A stretch of 64,000 nt of DNA from the IMG/VR virus record IMGVR_UViG_3300031857_022279; one strand, written 5' to 3'. Made by a program: the position numbers and the translations under genes. How positions within the stretch are numbered: position 1 is the stretch's first letter; each line of letters starts with the position of its first letter. This DNA comes from a virus. Below the pieces are notes generated by a model, which had not been told where the DNA came from, did not search any database, and saw only the letters and a list, made by a program, of their open reading frames with translations. This document shows positions 28,138 to 37,303 of the stretch, one piece after another.

Positions 28138-28785
28138 ATGTCACAAACAAAATTAGAAGTTAACACGGTTAAACCAGACTTGTTTTTCACTAAAAAGGAA
28201 AACACCTTCAGAATCTTAGATACAGATACTGAATTTACATTGGATTCTTCAATTACCACCCTAGAAGAGTATATCAAAAACACCAATGGATTTGGTAAGA
28301 GTGAAGAACAAAAAGATATGGATTACGCTCACGCTCAATATCTATGGAAAGAGTATCAAACAGAGTTGAAAAATTGCAAACTAAATTTTCATCTCGATCA
28401 AAGTCAATATTCTCTTTTGACCGACCTTTTGATAAAGAAGCTTGAATATGATACAAATACTGTTTTCATTGCAATCGAATTAGTAGATTTACTCGGATCA
28501 ATTAAAGGTACTAAATTTCAAGGAGAAGAAGTAAAGTCTTTTAAAGTCACCGCTACAGAAATTACTTATATCTATCACCTTATTCAGAATTATAAAGTTA
28601 AGGGTCTATCAAAAGAAGCATTCACTTTTGCTGAAATTCTTAGACGGATTGGCGAAATTTCTAAAGTAGTTAGTTTCTATGATGCGAGAGCAAAGAACTT
28701 TACTGAAGAAATCGCTAAATGGGCTCTTAGTTTAGATGCAGATTCGGCGAGTCTAATTTATGAAGTGCCAGGAAAAACAGAATAG
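28138..28785 (+). CDS. Hypothetical protein
   Basis: ORF track. Confidence 0.7.
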   Translation: MSQTKLEVNTVKPDLFFTKKENTFRILDTDTEFTLDSSITTLEEYIKNTNGFGKSEEQKDMDYAHAQYLWKEYQTELKNCKLNFHLDQSQYSLLTDLLIKKLEYDTNTVFIAIELVDLLGSIKGTKFQGEEVKSFKVTATEITYIYHLIQNYKVKGLSKEAFTFAEILRRIGEISKVVSFYDARAKNFTEEIAKWALSLDADSASLIYEVPGKTE

Positions 28786-28811
28786 TATTAATTCTATTTT
28801 GACCATTAGAA

Positions 28812-29015
28812 TCACAAATTTCGATTTTTTAAAAATTCTTTAAAATTCAAAATTTGTGATTCTTTTATTTTATTAGGTAGCTTCTTAAAAGAGACATCTT
28901 TAGTCCACTCTTCATCAAAAACCCATTTCATATTTTTTGGCGCCTTCTTTTTAGATCCCCATTTTCTTCTCATTGCCCAAATAAATTTGAATTGTTGTTT
29001 TGACCTTGATGGCAT
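28812..29015 (-). CDS. Small basic protein (MPSRSKQQ type)
   Basis: ORF track; fits the gene packing. Confidence 0.6.
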   Translation of the reverse strand: MPSRSKQQFKFIWAMRRKWGSKKKAPKNMKWVFDEEWTKDVSFKKLPNKIKESQILNFKEFLKNRNL

Positions 29016-29020
29016 TATTT

Positions 29021-30112
29021 TTACTTATTTTCTAAGAATTTATAAAGCTTCTTTAAATATATATTCCTGTCATATTCAAAATTTGTCATAAGATGAACCA
29101 CGTAAGTAAAATAGAGAAGCTTATCTATTAGGTTAGTTTTATCCATCTCACCTCCTGGGTATCTAAATTCAATATAGTTAAATCTTTTTAGAGGTATTAA
29201 ATTAACCCCATAGTTTTTATAACCTTTTTCATTTAGAATTCGGATAAGTCTATCATTTAATATATTTTCTATATCGGAAATTTTTTCATCTTGCATTAAC
29301 TTTTTACATTCTTCAATTAGATTCTTTTCTTTAGTTAGTTCGGATATTAAAGAACCGCAAAATTTAGAATTTTTTCTCCATTCCATGTTTTTAAATACAA
29401 ATGGGTCATCACCTGTATCATTTAAAAACAAAAGTCCTTTTATTATATTGTAATTGGTTGATTCCTTGAGTCCAATATTAATATGTATTCCAGTATTTTC
29501 TGTAAATTTCCAATATTTTTGAATACTATATGAATCATAGAAATCTTGAATGAATCCGATTAAGTCATCAATTGAGTTGAAATATGTTAGATTTGAAAGT
29601 TCAATTCCTCTATTTAAAGTATTATCTAGTTCAAACTTTAATACACTTTTGTATTTTTTATAAAAATCTTTGAAATTACTTCTGAATTGATTCTCTAAAT
29701 AATTAAAATCATCAGAGTAGAAATAAGATAAAACTTGTGGCTTTATTAATTGAACTATTAATTTATTTTCGCCTTCATAAGATTCCTCTTCTAATATTTC
29801 ATCTACTAAATATTCATAATCTTCCCATTCGTATTTTATCTCGTTTAGTATTGTCTCTATAAATTCTTGGATTTTCTCGGTAATAGTAAATTCATCTATT
29901 CTAAGAAGATGTTTTATGACTGAATTTTTTATCTTCAAGACAATCTCATTAACATATTTTTCACTATAATCAATATCACCATCTGTTAAGTCTTCTGTCT
30001 CTAACTCAATTTCTATTGATGATGTGAAAAGATCTGATATTTCTTTTTTTCTAAATAAGTTCAGTTTACCACTTTTTACTTCATTTATAAAATCCGTGTA
30101 TTTGAAAATCAT
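29021..30112 (-). CDS. Putative amidoligase (Amidoligase_2 / COOH-NH2 ligase) with CTS-like N-terminus
   Basis: IEIELE, GIELS, TGIHINIG, NYGVN, IEFRYPGG motifs; starts MIFKYTDFINE. Confidence 0.7.
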   Translation of the reverse strand: MIFKYTDFINEVKSGKLNLFRKKEISDLFTSSIEIELETEDLTDGDIDYSEKYVNEIVLKIKNSVIKHLLRIDEFTITEKIQEFIETILNEIKYEWEDYEYLVDEILEEESYEGENKLIVQLIKPQVLSYFYSDDFNYLENQFRSNFKDFYKKYKSVLKFELDNTLNRGIELSNLTYFNSIDDLIGFIQDFYDSYSIQKYWKFTENTGIHINIGLKESTNYNIIKGLLFLNDTGDDPFVFKNMEWRKNSKFCGSLISELTKEKNLIEECKKLMQDEKISDIENILNDRLIRILNEKGYKNYGVNLIPLKRFNYIEFRYPGGEMDKTNLIDKLLYFTYVVHLMTNFEYDRNIYLKKLYKFLENK

Positions 30113-30145
30113 ATAATATTTATTATTTTACAAAAGCCATATAAT

Positions 30146-30175
30146 AAAAAAACGAGACTAGTGCCTCGTTTTTTT
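30146..30175. terminator. Intrinsic terminator
   Basis: A7-CGAGAC-TAGT-GCCTCG-T7; forms a G.U-containing stem on the minus strand. Confidence 0.7.
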
Positions 30176-30193
30176 AATAAAATATTATTCTTA

Positions 30194-30730
30194 TTAAGAA
30201 GGTAGTTCCTCAGTACCTTCTTCTTTAGATTCTTCTTCCTTTTCTTCAGTACTTTCTTCCTTTTCTTCCTCTTTTACTTCTTCGAAGTCATCGGAATTTT
30301 CTTCTGCCGGTGTTTCTGTTTCAACTTCAGTCTCAACTTTAACCTCAGGCTCAGCTTCAGCAACCGGCTCTTCTGTTGTTTCAGTAGATTCAACTGGTTC
30401 TTCCGTTGTTTCAGTTTCAGTTGGTGTAGCAGGTTGAGAGTCATCTTTTCCACCCATAAGAGCTTCAGCTGGAATTTTATCAACATTCAAGAAGTTCAAG
30501 TTTATGTACTTAACAATCTCTTCTGCAATATCAACATCTCCAAAAAACTGACGTAGATTTTTACCAGCTGTATCTTTGACTTTCTTTACATAAGAATTTA
30601 TTAAAGATTGTGGTATATCTACAAACGTTCTTACTTTATAGATATCATTTACTTGTAAAACAGATTCTTTTATAATTTCAGATTTTTTTCTATCTGTAGT
30701 GTATTTTTCAAATTTTCTTAGATGTTTCAT
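30194..30730 (-). CDS. Acidic head/scaffold-like protein with CTS-like N-terminus
   Basis: MKHLRKFE...IIKES; Glu/Thr-rich disordered tail. Confidence 0.65.
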   Translation of the reverse strand: MKHLRKFEKYTTDRKKSEIIKESVLQVNDIYKVRTFVDIPQSLINSYVKKVKDTAGKNLRQFFGDVDIAEEIVKYINLNFLNVDKIPAEALMGGKDDSQPATPTETETTEEPVESTETTEEPVAEAEPEVKVETEVETETPAEENSDDFEEVKEEEKEESTEEKEEESKEEGTEELPS

Positions 30731-30772
30731 CCTTTTGATTAATTTTTTATATACTATATATTAGTTTTTTAA

Positions 30773-31270
30773 TTAGCTTTTTATTAAGAATATTGCAGTC
30801 ACTATAACTACCGCGGTATTAAGACCAACACTCACAAATTTGCCTAATTTTTGTCTAAATACTTCTTTTTTCAACTCCTTAATCTCTTCATCTTTTATTT
30901 TAATTATATCATCACAGAGATCTCCTCCGCCTTGGCATCTCTCTAAAGCCATTTTCAGATCTTTGATCTCATCATCTTTAGCCTTTCCCTGTGACTCTAG
31001 ATCTTTAACCTTGACTTCAAACAAAGCAATTTTTTCACCAAGAGCATTTATTACTTTCACATAATTAGCATCAATATTATCACAATCAATTTGAAGCTGC
31101 TTAAATAATCCAAGAAGTTCTAAGTCATTGTCAAGTTTTTGAGCTTGTTCGATAGAAATAACAATTCCAATTGTGTCACCATTTTCTACTAGGTAGTAAG
31201 GCGTATCCTTTGATTGAGAAAATGATATTGTGCTCATAAGAGTTAGTAATAAAATTAGTAAGTGTTTCAT
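30773..31270 (-). CDS. Signal-peptide coiled-coil protein with C-terminal TM segment (spanin-like)
   Basis: N-terminal signal, coiled coil, hydrophobic C-terminus; overlaps its partner gene by 4 nt. Confidence 0.45.
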   Translation of the reverse strand: MKHLLILLLTLMSTISFSQSKDTPYYLVENGDTIGIVISIEQAQKLDNDLELLGLFKQLQIDCDNIDANYVKVINALGEKIALFEVKVKDLESQGKAKDDEIKDLKMALERCQGGGDLCDDIIKIKDEEIKELKKEVFRQKLGKFVSVGLNTAVVIVTAIFLIKS

Positions 31271-31689
31271 TTTTTCGTTGTTTTTTCTTTTAGAGACTCA
31301 ATTAATAAATCTCCCTCTCTTTTAATCGGGTTTTTTGTAAGATTTTCTATTTTCTTTTCAGTCTCTTTCTTTTTGTCCTTTTGTACCTGTAGATCCCCTC
31401 TTAGTATCTGAATCTGTATGTCTTTTAAAGCAATAACTTTATTTATAGAATCTATTTTAAACTGATATTTAGCTGCTTCGATTGAATCTTGTTTAGCTTC
31501 AAGTTTATAAAATTCAACCTCTTGTTTAAGTTGTTCTCTTTTTTCTTCTAATTCCTCCGATCTTTGTTCTAAGTTTTTTATAAGTCTTTTGTGACCAGAA
31601 GAATCATAAAAATAAAAGAAAAGTAGAAATATAGCAATACCAGAAACTACAAGAATTAGCCAAGTTTTTGGATCAAAATTTATTTTCAT
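31267..31689 (-). CDS. N-terminally anchored coiled-coil membrane protein (i-spanin-like)
   Basis: N-terminal TM segment then a long coiled coil. Confidence 0.45.
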   Translation of the reverse strand: MKINFDPKTWLILVVSGIAIFLLFFYFYDSSGHKRLIKNLEQRSEELEEKREQLKQEVEFYKLEAKQDSIEAAKYQFKIDSINKVIALKDIQIQILRGDLQVQKDKKKETEKKIENLTKNPIKREGDLLIESLKEKTTKK

Positions 31690-31753
31690 TTCTTTTTATT
31701 TATATTTGTATTTGTATATAATATATATCTAAAATTAAAACCTTTTAATTTCT

Positions 31754-32236
31754 GTGAAAAACCTTTCGATTTTCGATTTTGATAATACTCTTTGTTTCAC
31801 ACCTGAATCAAAAGAAGGTATGGAAATTTATAAAAATAAGACCGGTCAAGAGTGGCCTTATCCAGGTTGGTGGGGTAGAAAAGAATCACTTGATACTGAT
31901 ATTTTTGATATTCCTCTTAATAAAGTTGTTTATGATAAATATCTATCTTCTAAAGGAGATTATTTAGTACTTGCAACTGGTAGACTCTCAAAATTAACAA
32001 GTGAAGTATCATCTATACTAGAAAAATATGAACTAAAATTTGATGAAGTTCATTTAAATCCAGGAATGGATACTTACAAGTTCAAAACGGATTTATTTGA
32101 AAAAGTAATTTACAAAATTAGACCAGATAAGGTGGTCATTTATGATGACCGAGATACTCACCTTATCCGATTCAAAGAGTGGTCTGAAAAGCAACCTTGT
32201 TCTATAGAAATCATAGATGTTAAAAAATTAAAATAA
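31754..32236 (+). CDS. HAD-superfamily phosphatase (Swiss Army Knife RNA-repair-like HAD)
   Basis: FDFDNTL, LATGR and IYDDR motifs. Confidence 0.75.
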   Translation: MKNLSIFDFDNTLCFTPESKEGMEIYKNKTGQEWPYPGWWGRKESLDTDIFDIPLNKVVYDKYLSSKGDYLVLATGRLSKLTSEVSSILEKYELKFDEVHLNPGMDTYKFKTDLFEKVIYKIRPDKVVIYDDRDTHLIRFKEWSEKQPCSIEIIDVKKLK

Positions 32237-32323
32237 AAAGAGTCTAACAAAAGAGACGATTTACTTGAAAATTATCAAATAAATTAATCTTAAAAAATAA
32301 AATAGATTTTTAATATATAATTT

Positions 32324-33196
32324 ATGAAATATCTTAAACATTTCAATGAAGAGCTAAAACCTGAAACCTATATAACGGCTGGTAACAGTCTCAAATATTA
32401 TGGAAAACATACAAAAGGCAATAAGCTAGTTGATTATGGATATGAGAAAGGCCACGGTTTTTATAATGCACACATACAATATGTCGGATTATCTCCAGTT
32501 TATACTGGTAAAATTACAAATCCAATTTGTAAATTCTATTATGGAACGCCACAATGGGATGGTCCACAATCCGGTAATTCAAAATTAGTCCACACTAATT
32601 TATCAGAAGAACAATTAGTTAGCGATTGGAAAAATGGAAATGGGCCTCTATCATTTACATTAGAATTTAGATTCACCCCATCAGAAGAATTAAAATCGGA
32701 TTTAAAAAAATTAAATGATGATGATAGGCTTAAATCCTCAATTAATCATTCGAATAGTTTTCACTTATTTACAATGAACGTAAGCTTGAGTGATTGGAAT
32801 GAAGGATTAAAATACTATAATTATATAGAAGATGATGATGAATTTATTGAACCAGGAGATCCAAACTATGTAGACTTAATAGATTTATATCAAAATACAA
32901 AGTCATTATCAATAAGATTAAGTAGATTAATGGATAAAGGCATTTATGGTATATTCGCTGATAGACAATCTGCACTTAAATTTAAAAGAAATTTACCTAG
33001 CCTAATAAATCCACACAAAGAAAAGATAATGAATTTATTATCTATTATAGGTGGTGGTGCTGAAGAATTGGAAGATATTTTTGAATCTTTCGATATAATT
33101 AGAATTAACTCTTTATATCAGAGTGAGGATATAAAAGGCGTTAACTTACACAATACTTGGTATAAAGGATTTCTTTATATCAGAGTGAGGATATAA
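32324..33196 (+). CDS. Hypothetical protein with CTS-like N-terminus; C-terminus altered by a tandem duplication
   Basis: MKYLKHFNEE. Confidence 0.7.
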   Translation: MKYLKHFNEELKPETYITAGNSLKYYGKHTKGNKLVDYGYEKGHGFYNAHIQYVGLSPVYTGKITNPICKFYYGTPQWDGPQSGNSKLVHTNLSEEQLVSDWKNGNGPLSFTLEFRFTPSEELKSDLKKLNDDDRLKSSINHSNSFHLFTMNVSLSDWNEGLKYYNYIEDDDEFIEPGDPNYVDLIDLYQNTKSLSIRLSRLMDKGIYGIFADRQSALKFKRNLPSLINPHKEKIMNLLSIIGGGAEELEDIFESFDIIRINSLYQSEDIKGVNLHNTWYKGFLYIRVRI

Positions 33197-33233
33197 AAGG
33201 CGTTAACTTACACAATACTTGGTATAAAGGATT
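33110..33233. repeat. Exact 62-bp tandem duplication
   Basis: TCTTTATATCAGAGTGAGG...TATAAAGGATT at 33110-33171 and 33172-33233. Confidence 0.95.
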
Positions 33234-33364
33234 CATATAATATCAACAAACTTATCAAAATCATTAATTATTTTCAGGAATTAATTTGAGGTTAAAAAAT
33301 TAAAATAAATTTTTAAACTTATAAAATTTTAAATATATAAAACACCTAAAATCAATAAAAAAAT

Positions 33365-33646
33365 ATGAGCACAATTACTGAAAAGAAAACAAAATCCAAA
33401 GCTGATGAAATTCTTTCTAGACCGTGGAAATTGATACTTTCAAACGATGATTATAATACGTTTGATTGGGTAATCACTTGTTTGATGAAAGTTTGTGGAC
33501 ACGAATATGAGCAAGCTTCTCAATGTGCGCACATCGTACACTTCAATGGAGAGTGTGATGTTAAATACGGAGATCTCGAGACAATTTCTACAATGAAAGA
33601 TAAATTAGTTAATGCTGGTTTGAAAGCCTTGATCGAGGCTAATTAG
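33365..33646 (+). CDS. clpS: ClpS N-degron adaptor
   Basis: LILSNDDYNTFDWV...AHIVHFNG motifs. Confidence 0.9.
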   Translation: MSTITEKKTKSKADEILSRPWKLILSNDDYNTFDWVITCLMKVCGHEYEQASQCAHIVHFNGECDVKYGDLETISTMKDKLVNAGLKALIEAN

Positions 33647-34434
33647 TCTTTTTGATTTCTAAGATAATTTTTAATATTTTCTAGATCATCTTTAGTCAGA
33701 TTATCAATCGTATGCTTTATACTAAATTTCAACTCTTCTTCTTTTAACTTGTCTTCTATTTTAGCTTCTTGTCTCTCTGATTCCGTTAAAGGAGAAACTG
33801 ATTTTATTAGTTTTCTAATTTCTTTAACACTCGGAGTATTAAAGTCTCCAGATTTTGGAATTTCTCTAACAACTGGAATTTCTGATTTAAATTCAGAAAT
33901 CTCTTCCTCAGAAAAGTTTTTGACAATAGATAGAATTCTCCAGTCAAGCTTTTCTTTATTTTCTCTGATAAAGTCTATAGAAAGATCATTCGCACTAATT
34001 AGATTCCAAAGTTTGAATTTTTCTATAATACTTTTATAGATTGAAATGTTAGATATTTTATCAGAAGAGCTTAAGTATAGAATCATTCTCTCCCAATTAA
34101 TCCATTCTTCATACTCTTTTATAAAATCTTCCGATAGATTTGAGTATGTCAACATGTTTAAGTCAGATATATCTTCTAAAGTAAAGTACTCCAAGGTTAT
34201 GCCAGATTTAATAAAGTCCTCAGAAAGAGATAACATAGTAATTACTATTTCTTTATCTATGCCTTCAAAATCTTCACTTTCTGGTCCCCATTTTAAAAGA
34301 AATGATTCTGGTATTTCATATTCTCTAAGTACCTCTATCGCTCCTTCTTCTTTAATTTTTTCGAGTAGTTGAAATTCAGTTAGCTCTACTTCAGAGTTTG
34401 AAACTTCTTTATTTACAATTTTAACTTTTTTCAT
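33643..34434 (-). CDS. Hypothetical protein with short Trp-containing repeats (INWE, LDWR)
   Basis: ORF track. Confidence 0.6.
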   Translation of the reverse strand: MKKVKIVNKEVSNSEVELTEFQLLEKIKEEGAIEVLREYEIPESFLLKWGPESEDFEGIDKEIVITMLSLSEDFIKSGITLEYFTLEDISDLNMLTYSNLSEDFIKEYEEWINWERMILYLSSSDKISNISIYKSIIEKFKLWNLISANDLSIDFIRENKEKLDWRILSIVKNFSEEEISEFKSEIPVVREIPKSGDFNTPSVKEIRKLIKSVSPLTESERQEAKIEDKLKEEELKFSIKHTIDNLTKDDLENIKNYLRNQKD

Positions 34435-34443
34435 TTTTAAAAT

Positions 34444-36663
34444 TTATTTTTTGAAAGGATTATCCCATTTTCCAAGAGAAATATCATTTTTATATCTATT
34501 ATTAAATTTAGATTTTCTTCTTATATCTAAAAGCTGTTTATAGTCAACGCCTTCTATAAATTCATTGTTATTTAATATTTGATCTATAAACAATCTTAGT
34601 TGACTATCACTAAGACTATCAATGTAATCTTCTATTATTTGTCTAAACTCATTTTTTTGAAAAATGGCACACATGTCAATTATTGTCATAACAGTGTCAT
34701 CATGAGATGATCCATCTGCCGCGTACTTCACATTACCAGCACTTGTTGTATGTTTGATGAAAGTAGTTATTTCTTGAATATTGATTTCATTTGTAATTAT
34801 TATAGATTTGTCTTCCATTTTATCTTGATACTCTTTAACAAGTAAATTTTTATTTTCACCGACTTTTAATCCTATTTTTTCTTCAATCGCATCAGCTCTA
34901 TGTTTAAATCTGAAAAATATTGAAGAACCATAGTTATTTCGTCCATCAAATACATTTGGTAAATGAGCTAAGAGTTCATTTCCATAGGTATTGATTTCTA
35001 AAACTATTTTAACGTTTTCTGGATTGAAGTATTCAAATGCAATCAAATAAAGAAGTTCGGATAGCTGTTGAACGGAAATTAAATTACTTCTAAAAATTCC
35101 AATCTGTTCAAGTCTTCCGAAATCGACAATAGATTTGTATTTATGCTTTTGTTGTTCAATCAATTCACTTGGCTTTATACCAACTTTAAAAATATTCACT
35201 ACTGTGCTGTCTTGACCTAGACCTTCTGCCACATCCACTGAAATAATAATTTTATAATTTTTTCTTTGGATTGGTATGTAAATATCTTCATCTTGACACC
35301 ATTTTAAATCTTGATAAGAAAATTTCAACTTTCCTTCAAACTCATCAATATTTTCCCACTCATAAAGTTTTTTACCTCTTGTCATCTCATCAATCAAGGT
35401 CTCACTTAATAAGCTTCTTGATGAGTTTATGAACCTAAGATCATATTCTTGATTAAAAGCTTCTTCACCACCTATATCTTTAATAGTTTCCTTTTTCCAA
35501 GTTGTGATGTCTGAAAATTCGAGTAGCCTAATTTCGTTAAATGATTCCGCAAGTAAGTCTTCCTCTGAACAATCACTGTTGTTCAAGGTCGTTATTACCC
35601 ATTTTTTTAATTCATCATTATATTTTAAACTATGTTCGTTCTTTGGGTATTGTTGTTTTAAGTAATTTAGTAACTCCTCTTTATCAATATCTAATTCTTT
35701 AACTTTCTTGGGATTAAGTCTTATATAAGTAGAAAATCTTTTTGGCACTTGCCACCAATAAACCCTTTTAGCCATATATGATGATTTTTCCCCTTCTGGC
35801 TTTTCGGCCTCGGTTAATAATTTGTGAAATAGATTAAAACCATTAGGAGTAGATGTTATAATAATTTTAGAATTTTCTATGTTTGACACAGTTGGAAAAA
35901 CAGATTTATAAAACTTATCAGCTATATTATCTGGTAAGTAAGCAAACTCATCTAGATATAAAAAGTCAGCAGTTTGACCAATAGAGGATGTTTTTGTAGT
36001 CGCGAAGCCTTTGATCCTACTTTTATTTTCAAAAACCATAAATTTTTGATTCCAGTTAATTATTCCTTGTTGTAAGAAAAAGGGTAGTCTTTGATAAATT
36101 TCTCTTATTTTATCCAAAACTTCAACAGCTGTATCCAATTTATTAGCAGTCACAAGAACATTCTTGTTATTATTAAAAAGAACATAATGTAGCATCATTA
36201 TTGAAGAACAAATCGTATTATGAGATAGAATTCCGTTTGTATAAAGTCTGTGATTACGATGATCAACAGTTGCATCAAACATAGATGTTTTGAATTTTAT
36301 CTTTTGCACACTTATTACCTTTTCTTCTCCAGTTTGAGTTTGTAGAATATCACCAACTTTTAGCTCTTTTACGAATATTTCCTTGAAATTACTACCAAAA
36401 ACTATATGATTGTCTGCACTCTCTAAATGAAAATTACTCGTTTTAACTACCCAATGAGTGTATGGTTGTGTGAGATGTATTTTTGATACGGGTTCGTATC
36501 CAGTATCACTTAAAACCTTCAAGTTACTTGTGTTTAGAGAATTAATAATCTTTTTTGATATATCATCCTCATTTAGACTTGTACCTCTATACTCAATTTT
36601 TTCTATAAATTGAATCAATGAATAAAGTAATTTGATTGTTACTGATTTAAAAAATTTAAACAT
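34444..36663 (-). CDS. terL: Terminase large subunit, C-terminal part, preceded by a 149-aa C-intein
   Basis: ADNH block B, TNGILSHN|T splice junction at 36217/36216, LYLDEFA Walker B, IIITSTPNG, FNQEY, ISVDVAEG, HDD. Confidence 0.92.
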   Translation of the reverse strand: MFKFFKSVTIKLLYSLIQFIEKIEYRGTSLNEDDISKKIINSLNTSNLKVLSDTGYEPVSKIHLTQPYTHWVVKTSNFHLESADNHIVFGSNFKEIFVKELKVGDILQTQTGEEKVISVQKIKFKTSMFDATVDHRNHRLYTNGILSHNTICSSIMMLHYVLFNNNKNVLVTANKLDTAVEVLDKIREIYQRLPFFLQQGIINWNQKFMVFENKSRIKGFATTKTSSIGQTADFLYLDEFAYLPDNIADKFYKSVFPTVSNIENSKIIITSTPNGFNLFHKLLTEAEKPEGEKSSYMAKRVYWWQVPKRFSTYIRLNPKKVKELDIDKEELLNYLKQQYPKNEHSLKYNDELKKWVITTLNNSDCSEEDLLAESFNEIRLLEFSDITTWKKETIKDIGGEEAFNQEYDLRFINSSRSLLSETLIDEMTRGKKLYEWENIDEFEGKLKFSYQDLKWCQDEDIYIPIQRKNYKIIISVDVAEGLGQDSTVVNIFKVGIKPSELIEQQKHKYKSIVDFGRLEQIGIFRSNLISVQQLSELLYLIAFEYFNPENVKIVLEINTYGNELLAHLPNVFDGRNNYGSSIFFRFKHRADAIEEKIGLKVGENKNLLVKEYQDKMEDKSIIITNEINIQEITTFIKHTTSAGNVKYAADGSSHDDTVMTIIDMCAIFQKNEFRQIIEDYIDSLSDSQLRLFIDQILNNNEFIEGVDYKQLLDIRRKSKFNNRYKNDISLGKWDNPFKK

Positions 36664-36740
36664 GATTTTTTTTATATTTTTTCATTATTATCTCAAATAA
36701 ATCATTTATCTTCCTATCAAGTTGGGAAACGTTTTAAATA

Positions 36741-37241
36741 TTATTTATCGAGAAGGTATATAAGGTCGTAAATTTTTATTTTTATTTTTTCTAAAATTGT
36801 TAATTTTCTTTGTCTCGATAATATATAGTAATATAATTTTCCAAATCTTATCTCTAATAACTCATCATTTAATCCAACAAAAACCTTCGTATTAAAGGAA
36901 AAACACTTACCAATCTGACGACTTGCCATAAGTATATTAAATCTATTATTAAAGAAGTTATCTAGTATTTCTTTTTGATAATCTCTTAGAGGTATTATAA
37001 TTGGTTGACCTTCTTCTCCTTTGATGTAACAATATGTTGACGCGAAGTAGTGAATGTCGAGTGCACACCTAATATACTCTTCTTGCTCTTCAGGTGACAT
37101 TTTGAAAACAAGTCCTGATGTTCTAAGACCCACTACCTTTTCAAAAAATGGATTTTCTAATCTACTGAGTACAAATCCATTATTTATTCGCTCAGTAGCA
37201 TCTTCAATCATTTTTGAATCCCAAATAATTTGCCTAGACAT
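36741..37241 (-). CDS. terL: Terminase large subunit, N-terminal part, followed by a 54-aa N-intein
   Basis: LRDYQKE Q-motif and ASRQIGK|CFSFNT junction (Cys codon 36905-36903). Confidence 0.92.
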   Translation of the reverse strand: MSRQIIWDSKMIEDATERINNGFVLSRLENPFFEKVVGLRTSGLVFKMSPEEQEEYIRCALDIHYFASTYCYIKGEEGQPIIIPLRDYQKEILDNFFNNRFNILMASRQIGKCFSFNTKVFVGLNDELLEIRFGKLYYYILSRQRKLTILEKIKIKIYDLIYLLDK

Positions 37242-37303
37242 AAAATTTTAAAAATTTTGAAAAAAATCCACAAAGGATTATTTTATGTATATATACTAAT
37301 ACT

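Noticed and set aside
9719-31704. Canonical T4 late promoter TATAAATA (upstream of the UvsY-like, uvsX, 27453 and 31689 genes)
   Set aside because: Only four instances in very AT-rich DNA and not in front of the main structural genes; cannot be separated from chance without statistics.
36664-36740. Second bypass or frameshift joining the two terL ORFs in cis
   Set aside because: The gap is A/T-rich with no strong hairpin or matched codons, and terL-C has a normal A-rich start context. A split intein explains the arrangement.
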